The translations under genes were made by a program, and so were the position numbers. The notes below the pieces were generated by a model that was not told where the DNA came from, ran no database searches, and saw nothing but the letters and a program-made list of their open reading frames with translations. Below, one piece after another: positions 28,357-42,714 of a DNA stretch of 64,000 nucleotides. Source of the DNA: Octopus sinensis (lineage: Eukaryota); assembly GCF_006345805.1 (NCBI RefSeq), contig NC_043003.1, forward strand, positions 41,540,001 to 41,604,000, read 5' to 3'. Positions within the stretch are counted from its first letter, which is position 1, and each line of letters starts with the position of its first letter.

Positions 28357-29529
28357 ACACACACACACACACGCACTAAAAAACACAGAAACGCAAATTT
28401 ATGCACACGTCAGGCATCTATACACACAAACTCCAAGTGAACACATGCACATCTATCTCAGTCAAAGAAAAATTGCGCTAACACATACATAAGTGATATT
28501 TGTACACTGATACATACTGGGTAGGTTAAAAATTGAATGCATCTTCTCTGACTATGATACTGCCATCCATCCAAGCGGTCCGTAGGAGAATCCTTCAGTT
28601 ATTGTTCATTTCATTTAAAAGCATAGTAGAATGTTTACATACCGCGTGCAAGCGCTGCAAATAAAACTACTGATATATATTTGCAGTAATCGTGGAAATA
28701 ATTGTGTTATTTTAAATGTTAGATGGTTGGAAGTATAAAGAGTAACTTGGTATATATATATTCTTTTCAAATTCCATCGTCTTAAAGTCCTTGATGCTTT
28801 AAGGTTTTGGAAAATTCAAAACATGCAGTCTTAGGAAAAGAACTTCTTTTGAAGTTATATTCCTTGATATTCCATTGTCATCTCCTCCTTCTTCGGAGTG
28901 GTATTGGTTTTCACTTTACGTCCAGGAGCAAACAATATTAGATATGGCGGGAAATCGGAGATATAACCTATTATTATAGAATACTTTTCTGTTACACTAC
29001 GATTACAGTAGGAACACCTATAATGTAAATACATTGTATTACATCCTCATGTTCATATAATAGTTCAGTGAAGGAAATGTAGAGGAGTATAAGTACAATA
29101 TCATTAGGCATATAGTGGTAAAACGGTCGTTATGGGCATTGGAGGGTCAATGCCTTCGCTACACTATTCGGTCAGAAAATTAGATTATATAGTGAGAGAA
29201 GTTAAGTTATGGGAAGATAGTTGTGATAGGGAGATGGAAAGCGTTACTTTTCAGGAGGAATTATTTCAGTAGTTGGTGCTTTATGTAGATGAACGCTGTA
29301 ATATATGCATACATAGCAACACACATAACACTTTCAAAACTTTGAAAGAAAGAGTGTACACCAGGTAGCTGTGCACATGCATGCAAATACGTGGATGTAT
29401 ATACACATAATCCATGCACGTATCCATGCAATGTGGACATCTATACATATGTGTGTGCCTCTCTCTCTCTCTATATATATATATGTACATGTGTGTGTTT
29501 GTATGTATGTATGTGTGTGTGTGTATGTA

Positions 29530-29720
29530 GTTAGAATTTACAAATAAAGCAAAATACGAAGACAGGAGTGTAAACAGGTGGATTAGTTTAACGCTCGGGA
29601 AGATGAGAAAGTCTTTTACGTTTCGAGCCTACGCTCTTCAACAGAAAGGAACACGATAAAATAAACAGAGAGAGAATTTAAAAAAACAAGCATTAGTGGC
29701 TAGCGGTCGATCATGGTGAT
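29530..29720 (-). mobile_element. ~190-bp hammerhead-bearing short repeat (family E), copy 1
   Basis: Colinear with 29862-30053 (reverse complement) and 30629-30815. Confidence 0.8.
29613..29648 (-). ncRNA. Minimal hammerhead-like motif (A6U variant)
   Basis: CUUU-CUGUUGA-A-GAGC-GUAG-GCUC-GAA-ACGU-A-AAAG. Confidence 0.6.
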
Positions 29721-29766
29721 ACATACAAACACACACATATATATATTACATGCATACATACATGCA

Positions 29767-29832
<66 letters not shown>

Positions 29833-29861
29833 TACAGCCAGACAGACAGACAGAGACAGAG

Positions 29862-30053
29862 ATCACCATGATAGATCGGTAGCCACTACACACATTTTTT
29901 TCTCTCCTTGTGTCTTTCTGTGTTCCTTTCTGTTGAAGAGCGTAGGCTCGAAACGTAAAATACTTTTTCAATTACTGAGCGTTATTCTAATACATCTGTT
30001 TAAATTCTACACCACCTGTCCTCGTCTTTTGTCTTTTTTTTATGAATTCTCCC
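29862..30053 (+). mobile_element. Family E copy 2
   Basis: Inverted relative to copy 1; ends attctccc followed by (TA)n. Confidence 0.8.
29927..29960 (+). ncRNA. Minimal hammerhead-like motif (A6U variant)
   Basis: UUU-CUGUUGA-A-GAGC-GUAG-GCUC-GAA-ACGU-A-AAA. Confidence 0.55.
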
Positions 30054-30628
30054 TATATATATATATATATTTGTAATATAATTGTCATTTATTATATTAC
30101 AAATAAATTCCTCTATTTACGTAATATCGAGATATCTTTCTTTCTATTGTTGTCTTCCCATTATTATTAAAATATATATGCATAATAAATGAAATAAATG
30201 CATTTTAAATGACAGATAAAGAACGTATGTGTACACTGGGTGTACAGCCGGGCGGGAGATAGACATTCAGTTTATTTACAACGCATTTTTTCATATATAA
30301 AGTAACGGAACGCATTTTTTCATATATAAAGTAACGGCATGCAACGCACATTCTACATATGCATGTCTTCTTTTATTCTTTATTCTTTTATTTGTTCCAG
30401 TCATCTTGACTGCGGCCATGCTGGGGCACCACATTTAGTCGAACAAAGCGACCCCAGGACTTATTCTTTGTAAGAATCTATATTTGTAAGAATCTATATA
30501 ATCTATATGAGTTCTTTGGCCGAATCGCTAAGTTGCTTGGTTGTAAGCACATAAACATCGGTTGTCAAGAGATGGTGGGGGATAACCACAGGCACACAAA
30601 CATAGACACACACACACATATATATATA

Positions 30629-30815
30629 GGGAGAATTTACGAAAAAACAACAGAAGACAAAGACAGGTGGTGTACAAAACAAACATGTATTAGTATAACG
30701 CTCAGGAATAGAAGAAGTCTTTTACGTTTCGAGCCAACGCTCTTCTACAGAAAGGGACACAGAAAAAAGGAGAGAAAAAAATGTGTGTAGTGGCTAAAGA
30801 TCTCTCATGGCGTCT
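30629..30815 (-). mobile_element. Family E copy 3
   Basis: Colinear with copies 1 and 2; flanked by TA on both sides. Confidence 0.8.
30719..30754 (-). ncRNA. Minimal hammerhead-like motif (A6U variant)
   Basis: CUUU-CUGUAGA-A-GAGC-GUUG-GCUC-GAA-ACGU-A-AAAG. Confidence 0.6.
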
Positions 30816-30816
30816 C

Positions 30817-30887
<71 letters not shown>

Positions 30888-31291
30888 ACGAGTTACTTTC
30901 AGTTTCCGTCTACCAATTCACTCACAAGGCTTTGGTCGGCCCGAGGCTATAGTAGCAAACACTTGCCAAAGGTGCCACGCAGTGGGACTTAACCCGGAAC
31001 GACGTGGTTGGTAAGCAAGCTACTTATCACATAGCCATATAGTATATGCATGCTTATATGTATATATATCTATTGCAAAGTCCCAAGAAGCACACTATAA
31101 AATTACAGATCTACTTCAAAAGTAAATATCTCCGAAACATGATTCTATAGGAGATGTCTTTCATGATCTTCCATACAAGAAAGTGCTACACGTAAATATA
31201 CACATACTGACCCTCAAGGAGCAACACACATAACCACTTGCACATATGTATGAGTAAGTGTGCATATATATGCATATATTAACACGCAGAA

Positions 31292-31323
<32 letters not shown>

Positions 31324-31589
31324 GTGTGTGTGTAAGTATTTATAGTGTATATATTTACACGCACATATACACACACGAACACCCGCGCACACAAGCGCGC
31401 GCACATGAGTGGTGGTGTTCACCATATGCGCCCCATCAATAAAGAATCTGCTTAAGAATCTGCCACGTTTCAAGTAATAATGTGACATTTATTTCAAATA
31501 TTTTCTTGATTGTAAGAAACCAGGCATTTCTGGTTGTCAACAACATGAAAACACGGTGAGTCATCAAGTTACACGCACATATGTAGAGT

Positions 31590-31896
31590 AAGTGTATACA
31601 TGTATATATATCTATATCTATCTACCTAATACATATATATATATATTATATATATATATATATATATACATACATACATACATATATATATACATACATA
31701 CATATATACATACATACATATATATATGCATACATATATATATATATACATACTTATATATATATACATACATATATATATATATATATACATACATATA
31801 TATATATACATACATATATACATACATATATATATATACATATACATACATACATATATATATATATACATATATACATATACATACATATATATA

Positions 31897-31928
<32 letters not shown>

Positions 31929-32150
31929 CATATATATATATACATACATATATATATACATACATACATATATACATACATACATACATATACATACATA
32001 CATATATACATACATACATACATATACAAACATACATACATACATACATACATACATACTACATACATACATACATACATATATATATATACATATATAT
32101 ACATATATATATATATGTGTGTACGTACATATATGCGTATGCACATTTAT
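31590..32150. repeat. Long compound (TA)n/(TACA)n microsatellite
   Basis: Direct reading. Confidence 0.95.
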
Positions 32151-34879
32151 TTATGCACATTGACATAGATACATGTATACATGCTTAAATTTGTACATAA
32201 AGAGAATACATCAATGTGTACATATGTGTGCCTATTCATGTGCATGTATGTGTGTATGTATAAAGCCATGTATATGCATATGTATGCATATACTTATATA
32301 TGAATAAAAATAAGAATGTTTGTATTGATAATTTTGCCTAATGACATTTTCCAAATGAGGTTATGATTCGTGTTTTCCTCATTATATAATATAAAATAAT
32401 GTTGGCATATTTTTTTCTCGTGTTTATCGACACTGACGAACGTATCATTGATTTTTATCTGTTTTTAATGCTTTTCTCATTTCTTTTGATTTACTTATTC
32501 GTCTTCCTAGTTATTGTTAGTGTCGTGCGATGCACGTTCGTTTCTGCTATTATTCCTCTTATATTTTGTCTTATTTTTTTTTGTTAATATTTTTGCGAGT
32601 AACCAGTTTTGTTTATATACTTTACTGGTGTGTATGTATATTTATTTTACTGTTGTGTTTATATATTTATTTTACCATTGTGCTTTGTTTATTTTTTTTT
32701 TCTTTATGTTTTTCATGTTTAATATCATTTACCTCTATGTATATTGAATTGTTATCTCCCTGAAATTCTTACATTTTCTACTGAACACAGACTTAGGTAG
32801 GCAAAAAGATGTTATTCTCAGAAGCATTCCTTTTAAAATTGTATCGATCTCTCTCCAATTTCTCGTGTTAAATTGGAAAAATTCTTAACATTGCTCTTGT
32901 TGCATCTCTTACTGATCAAAACACCGCTCCTATATTCAACAATTCAATCCGTAATAGATTTCCTGTCCGCAAACTGACCAGTCGCTTTGCATAAAAATGC
33001 TGAAGCACAGAATTGGGAGCTACGGTGAGGATTTAATCGTCTCTTGAAATGAAATAATCAATTCAGACACCGATATTGGAAAATCTATGTAAGTTACCAC
33101 TTCTATCTCCCAACCCTCTAAAAGTTCGGTTGTATGTTTATTCAAAGAAAACCAATTGTTTTCGTTTTCCCGTGTGAATAAACACAGAAAAAGTGCCACG
33201 TGAGAGTTTAATTTCTAGTTTCACTCAAATTCCTTTCTTTTATATCACAAATTCCTCTGACAGTTATAAAAGAAGACAGCATCTTAATTCTTCTCTGCCA
33301 TAACACCTCTGCCTAAATACGGAACAATATGAATATTTATGCGATACTTAAATATTGAAATGAAGTTGGTAGAAGATGATTAGTTTCCCCGTAGTCTACT
33401 TCTTTTTTTTCTTCTCTCTCTCTCTCTCTAATGCCTCGAAGATTCGAAGGTCTCAAAATGTCATTGCCTAAATTATATTGCTTAACCACAGTAAAACAAA
33501 TATAAATTTACTCACAGATATAATATTTCTACGTTATATTTAGGTAGTTGACATAGATGTAATGTTAGAAATGTTCGGGAGCTGGTAAACTCGATATCAT
33601 CTACATCAGCATTTCACTCGTATTTGGAAGGGGAAAATGAATCTCTGGTGGGATCTTAACTCAGGTTTTAAGGTAAATTGCGTAATGCAGTTAAGCAGTT
33701 GCTCTACTGATTGTACTTTTATACCATCATCTATAATAATAATTATAATTTCACTTTAGCAAGATTCTAGATTCAGTGACGCTGATAGAAGAGCAAACAA
33801 CCCTTACTTAGAAATGATAGGCTGATTAGTAATGATAAGCTGATTAGATCCTTTGTCTGGTTTCTGCTAAAAATTCAACTGAACGTAAAGAAATACTATC
33901 GAGTTAGTTATAAAAGGTAGCGAACTCTTTCAAGAATTACATAACTTATCGTAAATAAACGATCGCCTGGTCATATGAGGAATATTTTTGTCGACATACT
34001 GTCTTAGTCAAGATTTAACTCATAGTCACCATAACAGTACAAACTAGCTAACTATATTTAAAAAAAATAGAGAAACAGCTTCGTCCATAATTTTGTTCAA
34101 AGCTTTCAAGCATCATATAAGGGAATAATGCTGAGGCCAGAGTCCAGGCCCAAATGCCAGCAAGAAAATAAATTCTTCTAAGATGATAATGACCATCAAC
34201 ACCTATACTGATTACCACTTAGATTTATCGCTCAGAATCATATATTGTCGCTCAGCCAAATCAGGGTGATTTAATTCTGCAATAGCTTTTTAGCTTCCAG
34301 TAGGAATAAAAAAAAATATCAACGTACTGCAAATTTAATTTCCTTGGGGACAACTCTCGGACGTCAAAACTTAACATATAACTTGTATTTGTCATAATAC
34401 AAACTAAAAGAAAGAAAGCCCTCTCCCTTATTTGTGTGTTAATATTCCGCTGACATCGAATGATCTTTTTATTAAATCAATATCGATTTAACAAATATAG
34501 TAATATACGTGGGTCGCTGGTATAAAAATATGGTCCAATGCTCTTGAGCAAAATCGATAGTTGGCGTCATTTCAACTGTGCAAAATCATATTGAAGTGAT
34601 ATCTGCGTTTTGGATTGCTGATTACAGAACTGCTTGGCAACGTTACATAAGCTGTAAGTTTAATGTTATCCAGCTTGCAAAGTAGGGGGCTAGTATATCT
34701 AATTTATGGAAACGAACTCATACAAGGAGTGAAGGTTTCCTAGCCGAAGTGATAAATACAATAAATATTCAACCCAGCATGTTTGTGCGCATAGGACAAG
34801 ATTAAGTGGTGGCATAGCAATGATATAAAGTAGTTGAAATTATAAAGTCATATATATGCATATGTATGAATATATACGT

Positions 34880-34910
<31 letters not shown>

Positions 34911-35400
34911 TACACACACATATGTATGTATATATAAATGTATACATATGTGTGAGTGTGTTTGCCTGCGTGTGTGTGTATATATATATATAATAATATA
35001 TTTATATATATACACATATACATATATCTCCTTATATATGTATATTTATATACATATATGCATACATACATATATATATATCTATATACATATACATATA
35101 AATGTATGTGTGTAGGTTTGTGTCTATGTGCGTGCGCACATATACACATACATTTCTAAACATCGAAAGAGAGAGAGGGGGAGAAAAGTTTAGTGAGAGA
35201 GAAATAGAGTAATTTTCGTGAACTGGTACGTTGTGGATTAGAAGAAATACATACAATCATGCATTTCCATAATTTGCATATATCTATATATATATATATA
35301 TATCTTTGTGTGTGTGCGTGTGTGCGTGTGTGCGTCAGTGTATGTGCGCGTGCATGTGTATAAATATGTATATATGTCCCCATACCAACATACACACATG

Positions 35401-35451
<51 letters not shown>

Positions 35452-36755
35452 CGTGCATGCGTGTGTGTGTGTGTGTACGCATATATGTACATATGTAGAT
35501 GTTCATAGTTTATATACATACATATACTGTTCCTGATAGAATTGCCAACCAAATGTCCCTTGATTCTCGTGTTAACATGTTAAAATCAACATATGTACGA
35601 AAGATGGCTTGTTCACCATTGGAATGTTCCTGCTTGTATTATTTGATCATGCTGAGCTGACATTGAACTAAACAGAAAACCGATCCATGGGACTAGTATG
35701 AAACCCTGTTTGCGTTGCATTGAATGTAAATACATACACACACACATACACACAAACACAAGCACACGCTCTTGTGCACTTAAGTGTATGTACACTCTGT
35801 TACTCTGAGTTCCACAGATATAAAAATATTTTTACAATTATTGAATATGTTCAGCAGTGTCCTCGAATAGCAGAAATTATAATCTGATGTATGTGTCTGT
35901 ATGTATATGATACGTAGCTTCTGTAATTAATTTCGCAGGTGTAAATCTACCGAAGATACGCGTGCGACTATCCGTTTCTTTGTCCGGTTAAGGGCATTTA
36001 TTGAATTATGTTACGGGAAACTATGGCTCAGTTATAAATGTGTAACGTGTTACACACCAGTCAACTTAACATCTGTTTCCGCGGCTTAAAATTTCAAATC
36101 GTCCTCTTCAGTTAATTCCTTTTCTGAAAATGTGAGGTACATGTTTAGCATACTCGTTCATTGGGAACGAGATAAATTAGAATCAAAGAGGATAAACGTT
36201 ATGAAATGGTCAGTAATAAGGTAACACCGAACGCTCTGCTTTTAAGATTATGAACAATTAGTGCTGTACGTGAATTTCTATTTTGACGAATTAACGCGGA
36301 TAAGCAATAAGGTGCGTTAAGCATCAAAATGCGAAATCATCGATAATCTGGCTATATCTGTGACCGTAGGAAACTTGCCCCCTTGTCAGTGATTCATATG
36401 TGTGTGTGTGTGTAAATTTACGTAGGAACCGTACAAAGTGGCAAAGATACCTATTTCTCCGCAGATTGAAAAGATGACGAACAGCCTCAAACAATCTAAA
36501 CTCATCAGAGGTATCTTCATAATTTGACCAATAGCAGAGCGACATGTAGTCACACTGCTTATATACTCAAGAAATTCAATAGCTACCGCGAACCACTACG
36601 AAGAGATTAACACTTGGTAATAACAACTTCATTACGGTGCTGTAAAGAAACCAGCTCCGGTTGTAAAGTGGTGTAGATGGATGAACACAGACAAAATACA
36701 CACACACAAGAACACACACATATATGCATTGAATTCTCACATACTTTCCGCTTAC

Positions 36756-36834
36756 CAGTTACACTCATAAGACATCAGACAGGCTGGGGCTATATTAGCA
36801 TAGGCCTTGCCAAGGATCCAGCCACACTGTAGGA
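36756..36834 (-). other. Candidate coding exon (unverified)
   Basis: ttttcggattcag acceptor and CTG|gtaagc donor; open frame LQCGWILGKAYANIAPACLMSYECN; phase-compatible with a candidate at 36970-37036. Confidence 0.3.
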
Positions 36835-36991
36835 CTGAATCCGAAAACAATACGTAGTTACAAAGCTTTTCTCACGCATATATATATACATATATATATA
36901 CCCACGTAAGTTAATACCAATATGCACAAATACATCAACGTAAAACCTTTTGATGTTCCTGTGACATACTGCTTGCAATAGACATTTTTAG

Positions 36992-37123
36992 ACTTGGAAG
37001 AAGTCGTCCTGCGACAAGTGTAATCACTGCCGATTTCTACCAGAAAGCAAAACAGAAACAAGCAAAAAAAAAGAAGAAATCAGATGTAGAATCCAATCCA
37101 TTTGCAAGACTGTTCCTAAAAGG
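36992..37123 (+). other. Candidate coding exon (alternative, opposite strand)
   Basis: tttttag acceptor and GG|gtgaga donor; open frame LGRSRPATSVITADFYQKAKQKQAKKKKKSDVESNPFARLFLK. Confidence 0.25.
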
Positions 37124-40100
37124 GTGAGAAGCAGACCTAACGTCCACGTATTTGAACTTGTAGCGCAGAGATGCGTAACTAATGCTGAAAAACTATATCC
37201 GATGCATACAAAGATGCCCACATACACATGCGCGCGTGCACTCATATTAGTGCGCGCGCACACACAAACACACGCATACGTATATACAGATGTATATACA
37301 AACTAATAGATATTGGCATGATCCAGTGACTTTGTTTTTTTCCCCTCCGGTTCTACCATTCTCTCTAGCACTCTCGGCTTCACATTCTCTTTTTCCCGGC
37401 TCTCATTTTGTAGTCTTTTAATCTCCTTTTTGCTTATTTTGTATTTCCCCTCGGGCTTTTCTTTTTCTCCTTCTGCCCTTTTTTTCCTCGTATCTTTCTC
37501 TTTACCTTTCTTTTTGCCAAACTTAATATTTCTTGCTTACCATCGTCAGTATTTCCTCATTTTCATTTTGTGCTGTATTCTCCTTCCACTCACTGCTCCT
37601 ATCTGTCACACTCTATTTGTTCAAAAATGTTTATCTCTTTTCTCCGTAGTTCACACACTTTGTGGCATCTCTCTTCTTCGTTATGCCTCCTTTCTCTCTT
37701 AAAATATAAACTCTTAGATTTCTTTTGTGTGCATATGCATCAGAGAAGCTGAAGAAGAAAATGTATCCGATGAAAGAAATATAAAATCAGTGTTAGACAT
37801 TGACTATATTTCTATTTTCAATTTTGGGCGTAATCTCGTATTTCATATGAAAACAAAATTATTATAATGAAATAGGTATTAGCGATGAAGTGAATGGAAA
37901 TGTGTTTGTAAATAAGTCCCAAATGGCAAAGAATTAATTCGAGACATTATAGTGGAATACTGCGAAACCATAATATATAAGTTCTAGCGGGATAACTTAA
38001 TATTTGCTCCCAGAAAGCTCGGTTTTCGAAGTCGAATCATATTTCCTATGCAATACAATTGCTCTGCTACATATGCCTGAGATACAGCCTATATTTTCAG
38101 GTGATTTCCAGAAATTCCGCCTATTTATTTCAATTCTAATCGATACCAGTATCCTATTAGTTCTTTCACTGGAATCGTTTTGTTGAACAAGAACTTAAAT
38201 GACATGTTCGAATTTGAAAGGAGGGGCGCATACTCTCACCAACAGCTATTGGTTTGATGTTGGTTCCGTCCGATATGGGATCCTTGTCCAAAACTATTTC
38301 GATGATTACCTGCATGATACCTATTATCACGTATCCGATACTCTTACTTAGAGCAATAATTTCAGTATATTTCAGTATTAAGTTATGTGATTCAGTCAAT
38401 GATTTTCTAGTCCACAATTGCAGTAGAATATAATTATAATATGATTTAGTTGATACTTGTTTCCCGAGTGGCAAGACCATAAGCTAACTAGAACTCATTG
38501 TAACAGCCTCTTTCAAGAAGTCTGTGTATAACAGGGGAATCTTGTATTTAGGTTATGTTTCATTTTTATTTTTACGTGTTAGAGTATGATAGCCATATTC
38601 AAATGAATTTGCTACATATACGAAATAATGCAGTCAATAACATTTGAATTGCGGTCTTACTATAAAACATAAAGGAATGCTTTCCATACTCCTAATTCTG
38701 CTCTAATTCTTTACCGCAGTACCTTTGCTTCAACATTCGAGGTAGTTTTGGCTGGGTTCCTTAAAATTTTCTCTAACATTCCTGCCAGTCGCAACTTATT
38801 AACAAATGCACTTTTCACCCCACTGAATATTTATACAACTTCTTTTCATTTTATTTTTATTTTATTTTAGACAATACAAAAACAGTGTTTTCTGATGTAA
38901 CGTATAAAGTTTTGTGATACAATGCATACCCGGACTGAAATTCCTGATGCCAGATTTTATTCTTACATTGTTGTTACGCATGTGCACGCATACTTAATTC
39001 TGTATAGTTGTCTTCCTTCTTCATACCATTCTCAATAGACACCACCTCTCTACGTTTTAATACGCTCTTCTGTTTTCTTACTATTTCAGGAGCTTCAACT
39101 TGTGCCACCGTCTCTTATAATTTTCTTGTTATCTTACTGATATAACCAGTATTTGGTGTACATGGCAAGATGGTGCTTGTAAACACAATATATAAGGATA
39201 TCTATGTATACACGTACAAATATCTAGTCTGGTGTCTCAACATGTTTACGAATGTACTAGTTTATAGTGGCTTTCGGCCTAGTGCAAAATATTAGTTCGC
39301 TATTTCGTACCTTACTAGTTTCTTATTTGGTCTATATTTAAAATACTCGTCTTCGTTCACTTTTTCTCTTCACATTTTTGATGAAATTGTATGAGTGATT
39401 ACTCGGAGACTTTGACTGCGTAGAATTTGAATAATAAATAAATACAGAGATAGGTCTACTTATAATTAATACGGTTGTAAAAGTAAATTGGCGTGGGACC
39501 GTCTACAGTTTGCAACCAAGGTAAAATGAAACTGTTTCATTGATTTTTTAAATAACTTTTCAGAATACATTTACCCTCACTTGTAAGATATCGATAGATA
39601 CCAGAGGGAGGCCACATATTAAAATATCAATGAAACTCTGCCATCTGCAACTCGTTTATTTTTACGACAATTTTATTCACGTAATTTTAACATACTCAAC
39701 ATTTTCATGTTTTGCATGAAGGCCCTTGCTTGATGTTTCAGGACTCACTTCTTACGATTTTGCTTTGCTGAATTTATCAAGATTATAGCATACACGTGTC
39801 GTTTAGGGAAGCAATGAATGGAACCGATTGTCACTTGAGTATGCGAGATTGCTAAAATACTCATGATTAGTAACAATGAAACCTATATCTCATAAACTGC
39901 TTATTTATAACTAGTGTTTCTATTGTGAACAGAGCATGAACATAGATGACAATAGACTAGCAGCTGTGACTTCGTTGTGAAACGGGATGTAGTTATTCTA
40001 ATGTGATGGTCATTTATTTCACAACTTCACAACCACGTTGTAATCTCTACGTGGCTGAAATTTATTATGTGAAGCTTTACTCCAATTTGTCTTGCAGCGT

Positions 40101-41849
40101 TTCAGAGCTTGATATACTTTATTTAGCCACAGATGATCGTTTGTTTGAGCGTATGATTAAAACATTTCCAATAATAACCCTTCAGTTCATTTAATTGAAA
40201 CATGATGTAATAAAAATTACGTTAACCATAATTCCTTCCTGCATTTGAGATATAATTTTGGGTTCGAGAAAGATTTCCGTAGCTTTTCCAAGCAGTTCAA
40301 AGGGACAGCTGCCACTTCTTCGTTGGTTAGATGCTAGCGGTAAAAATATGGCCATGGCTATAACATCAATATGATAAGTATTAACGCTAAAATCGATACG
40401 ACTGACTATATACTTATTCCCTTTGAAAAGCTGCCGAGGAGAAATTTCTGGGACTCAATAACTATGGGGAAAAGTATTGCAGCAGCGAAAAGTAAGTCAG
40501 CATTCTACAATCAACAATTGAAGTGGTTGCAGCTGTCATTTAGCCCCGAGTTAGACTTAATCAAAAAAAAAAAAAAAAAGAAATGGAAATATGATCAAAG
40601 GTATTCCAGCCATGAACTTTGGTTAACTATATTATCCAAAGGAGATAGGGAATGATTTCAGTAAGACTTGGCGTGCTTGTTCAAGTTGCTTGATGACAAC
40701 ATTTGGCTCAACAAGTTCAAGATTTTTGCGATGATTCTCAACTATTGCTGCTACAACGAGGAATGCTTTTTATATCCTTTTTCTTTCTAACACCAGAAAT
40801 ACTTATAATCGAAGGAATCCCTAGTAACAAAACATTCGCCATTACAAAAAAATATTGTTCTTTTTATGACATTTGTTTCACTTTTTGTTTATTCAGGAAA
40901 AAGCTGCTGCTTTGTTTTTGCTTTTTTTTCTATTTTCAATTGCAAAACACAATTAAGAGATAGGGAAAAGCATAACACTTACATTGCGGATTCATAAGAA
41001 GTAATAACAATAATAATGAATATATGAGAAAACAAAACAGAAAACAGAAAAGGCCTAATGCAATGAAATAGAAGTCAAGATCAAAGAATGTGGAACAAAA
41101 AAAAAAAAAAGAAAACGAAAACGAAAACGAAAATCGTAGAGCTAAACAGAGATAAACAGAGATTGCAGCCATTAAATTGATGACATGTTTTCGTTATTGC
41201 CATTCAGAAATCATAGATATATGCGCCATCAATCGATAAATCATTCTACAAAATGAAACATATAACGGCGTTGAGACTGAGAATGGTGTTCATCTTGTAG
41301 TTGTTGGCTTCAATGGAAACAAATTGCCGAACATACATTCTCAACCATAGCTCGACTCAGGAATCTATGGAATTCGGTAGAACGCATGGATTTATAAAGA
41401 TTAACAGAAGTATATTCATAATATATACGATTTAATAACCTGTCGTCGTGCTTGATAGGGGAAATCGAAAAGAGGAATGGTGTGAAATGTTAAATAACCA
41501 AAGAGAATGAACAAACGCAAGAATTTCTTTCGGTTTTATCACTTCTTTACGTTAGTATTGGATATAACATAGTGAGTCCGCTCGTTTGTCATGTACGTGT
41601 GTGGAGGCATTTTTGCGTATGCATGTGTGTTTGTGCGAGTCTGTTTATATGAGAATTTCAGTAACGTAATAATATGCAATTTATAAGTGAAATGTCTGTG
41701 CGTGTATCTATATTTGGATGTATGTATTTATGTATGTATGTATGTATGTATGTATGTATGTATGTATGTATGTATGTATGTATGTATGTATGTATGTATG
41801 CATGCATGCATGTGTGTATGTATGCATACATGTATGGATATATTTGTTT

Positions 41850-41893
<44 letters not shown>

Positions 41894-41933
41894 GTGTTTA
41901 TGTACGTGTGACTATATATATATATATATATAT

Positions 41934-41964
<31 letters not shown>

Positions 41965-42000
41965 ATATATACATACATACATACATATATATAATATATA

Positions 42001-42047
<47 letters not shown>

Positions 42048-42633
42048 CGTACATATATACATACAAACATACGCACACACACAAGCACACACACACACAG
42101 GCTTATATATGTATATACCAAAGCAGAAACATTTAAAAAGTGTGTGTGTGTATGCATGTTCTTTGAAGTTGTGTCTGGTCATGGTAGATATGTGGATATG
42201 GAACAGTTGACTCATAGTGCTACAACGGTAATTGGCCGTCAGTGAAAATTCACACGGCTTTCCAATATCTTGTGTATGTGTGTACCTGTGTGTGGTTGTT
42301 TGTGTGTATGTGTGTGTATGTGCGTATGTGTGCGTGCGTGTGTGCATATGTGTGTGTATGTGTGTGTGCGCGCGCATATGTACATGAAACGGAATTCAGG
42401 ACTTTAATTACCGATGTTGAATAATTATCATGTATGCCATCTCCCTTTTTAAGCGTGGGGAAAAATAAATTTATATTAGATAGAGCTGTAGCGTTTGTTA
42501 ATCGTTATAGCCAAAGCATGATACTACCATGATTACTGCTAACATCATGTGTATGTAACATTCAAATTGTCGATATATGTTTAGTTCTGTTTAATGATAC
42601 ACACAGAAAAAAATAGCAGGCAAAACACTAATG

Positions 42634-42692
<59 letters not shown>

Positions 42693-42714
42693 TCTTTATA
42701 TATTCTTTTTTCTT

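Larger units (their letters stand above)
30368..31037 (-). mobile_element. SINE family C, full length, with a family E element nested in its internal microsatellite
   Basis: 5' half at about 30885-31037, 3' half at about 30368-30610, separated by TA/CA repeats containing 30629-30815. Confidence 0.85.

Noticed and set aside
30285-30345. 28-bp direct repeat as a CRISPR-like unit
   Set aside because: Only two adjacent copies with no spacer, in a eukaryotic context; an ordinary slippage duplication.
39742-39790. YDFALLNL trypsin-like motif after an acceptor-like site
   Set aside because: Stop codon immediately downstream and no other protease motifs in phase.
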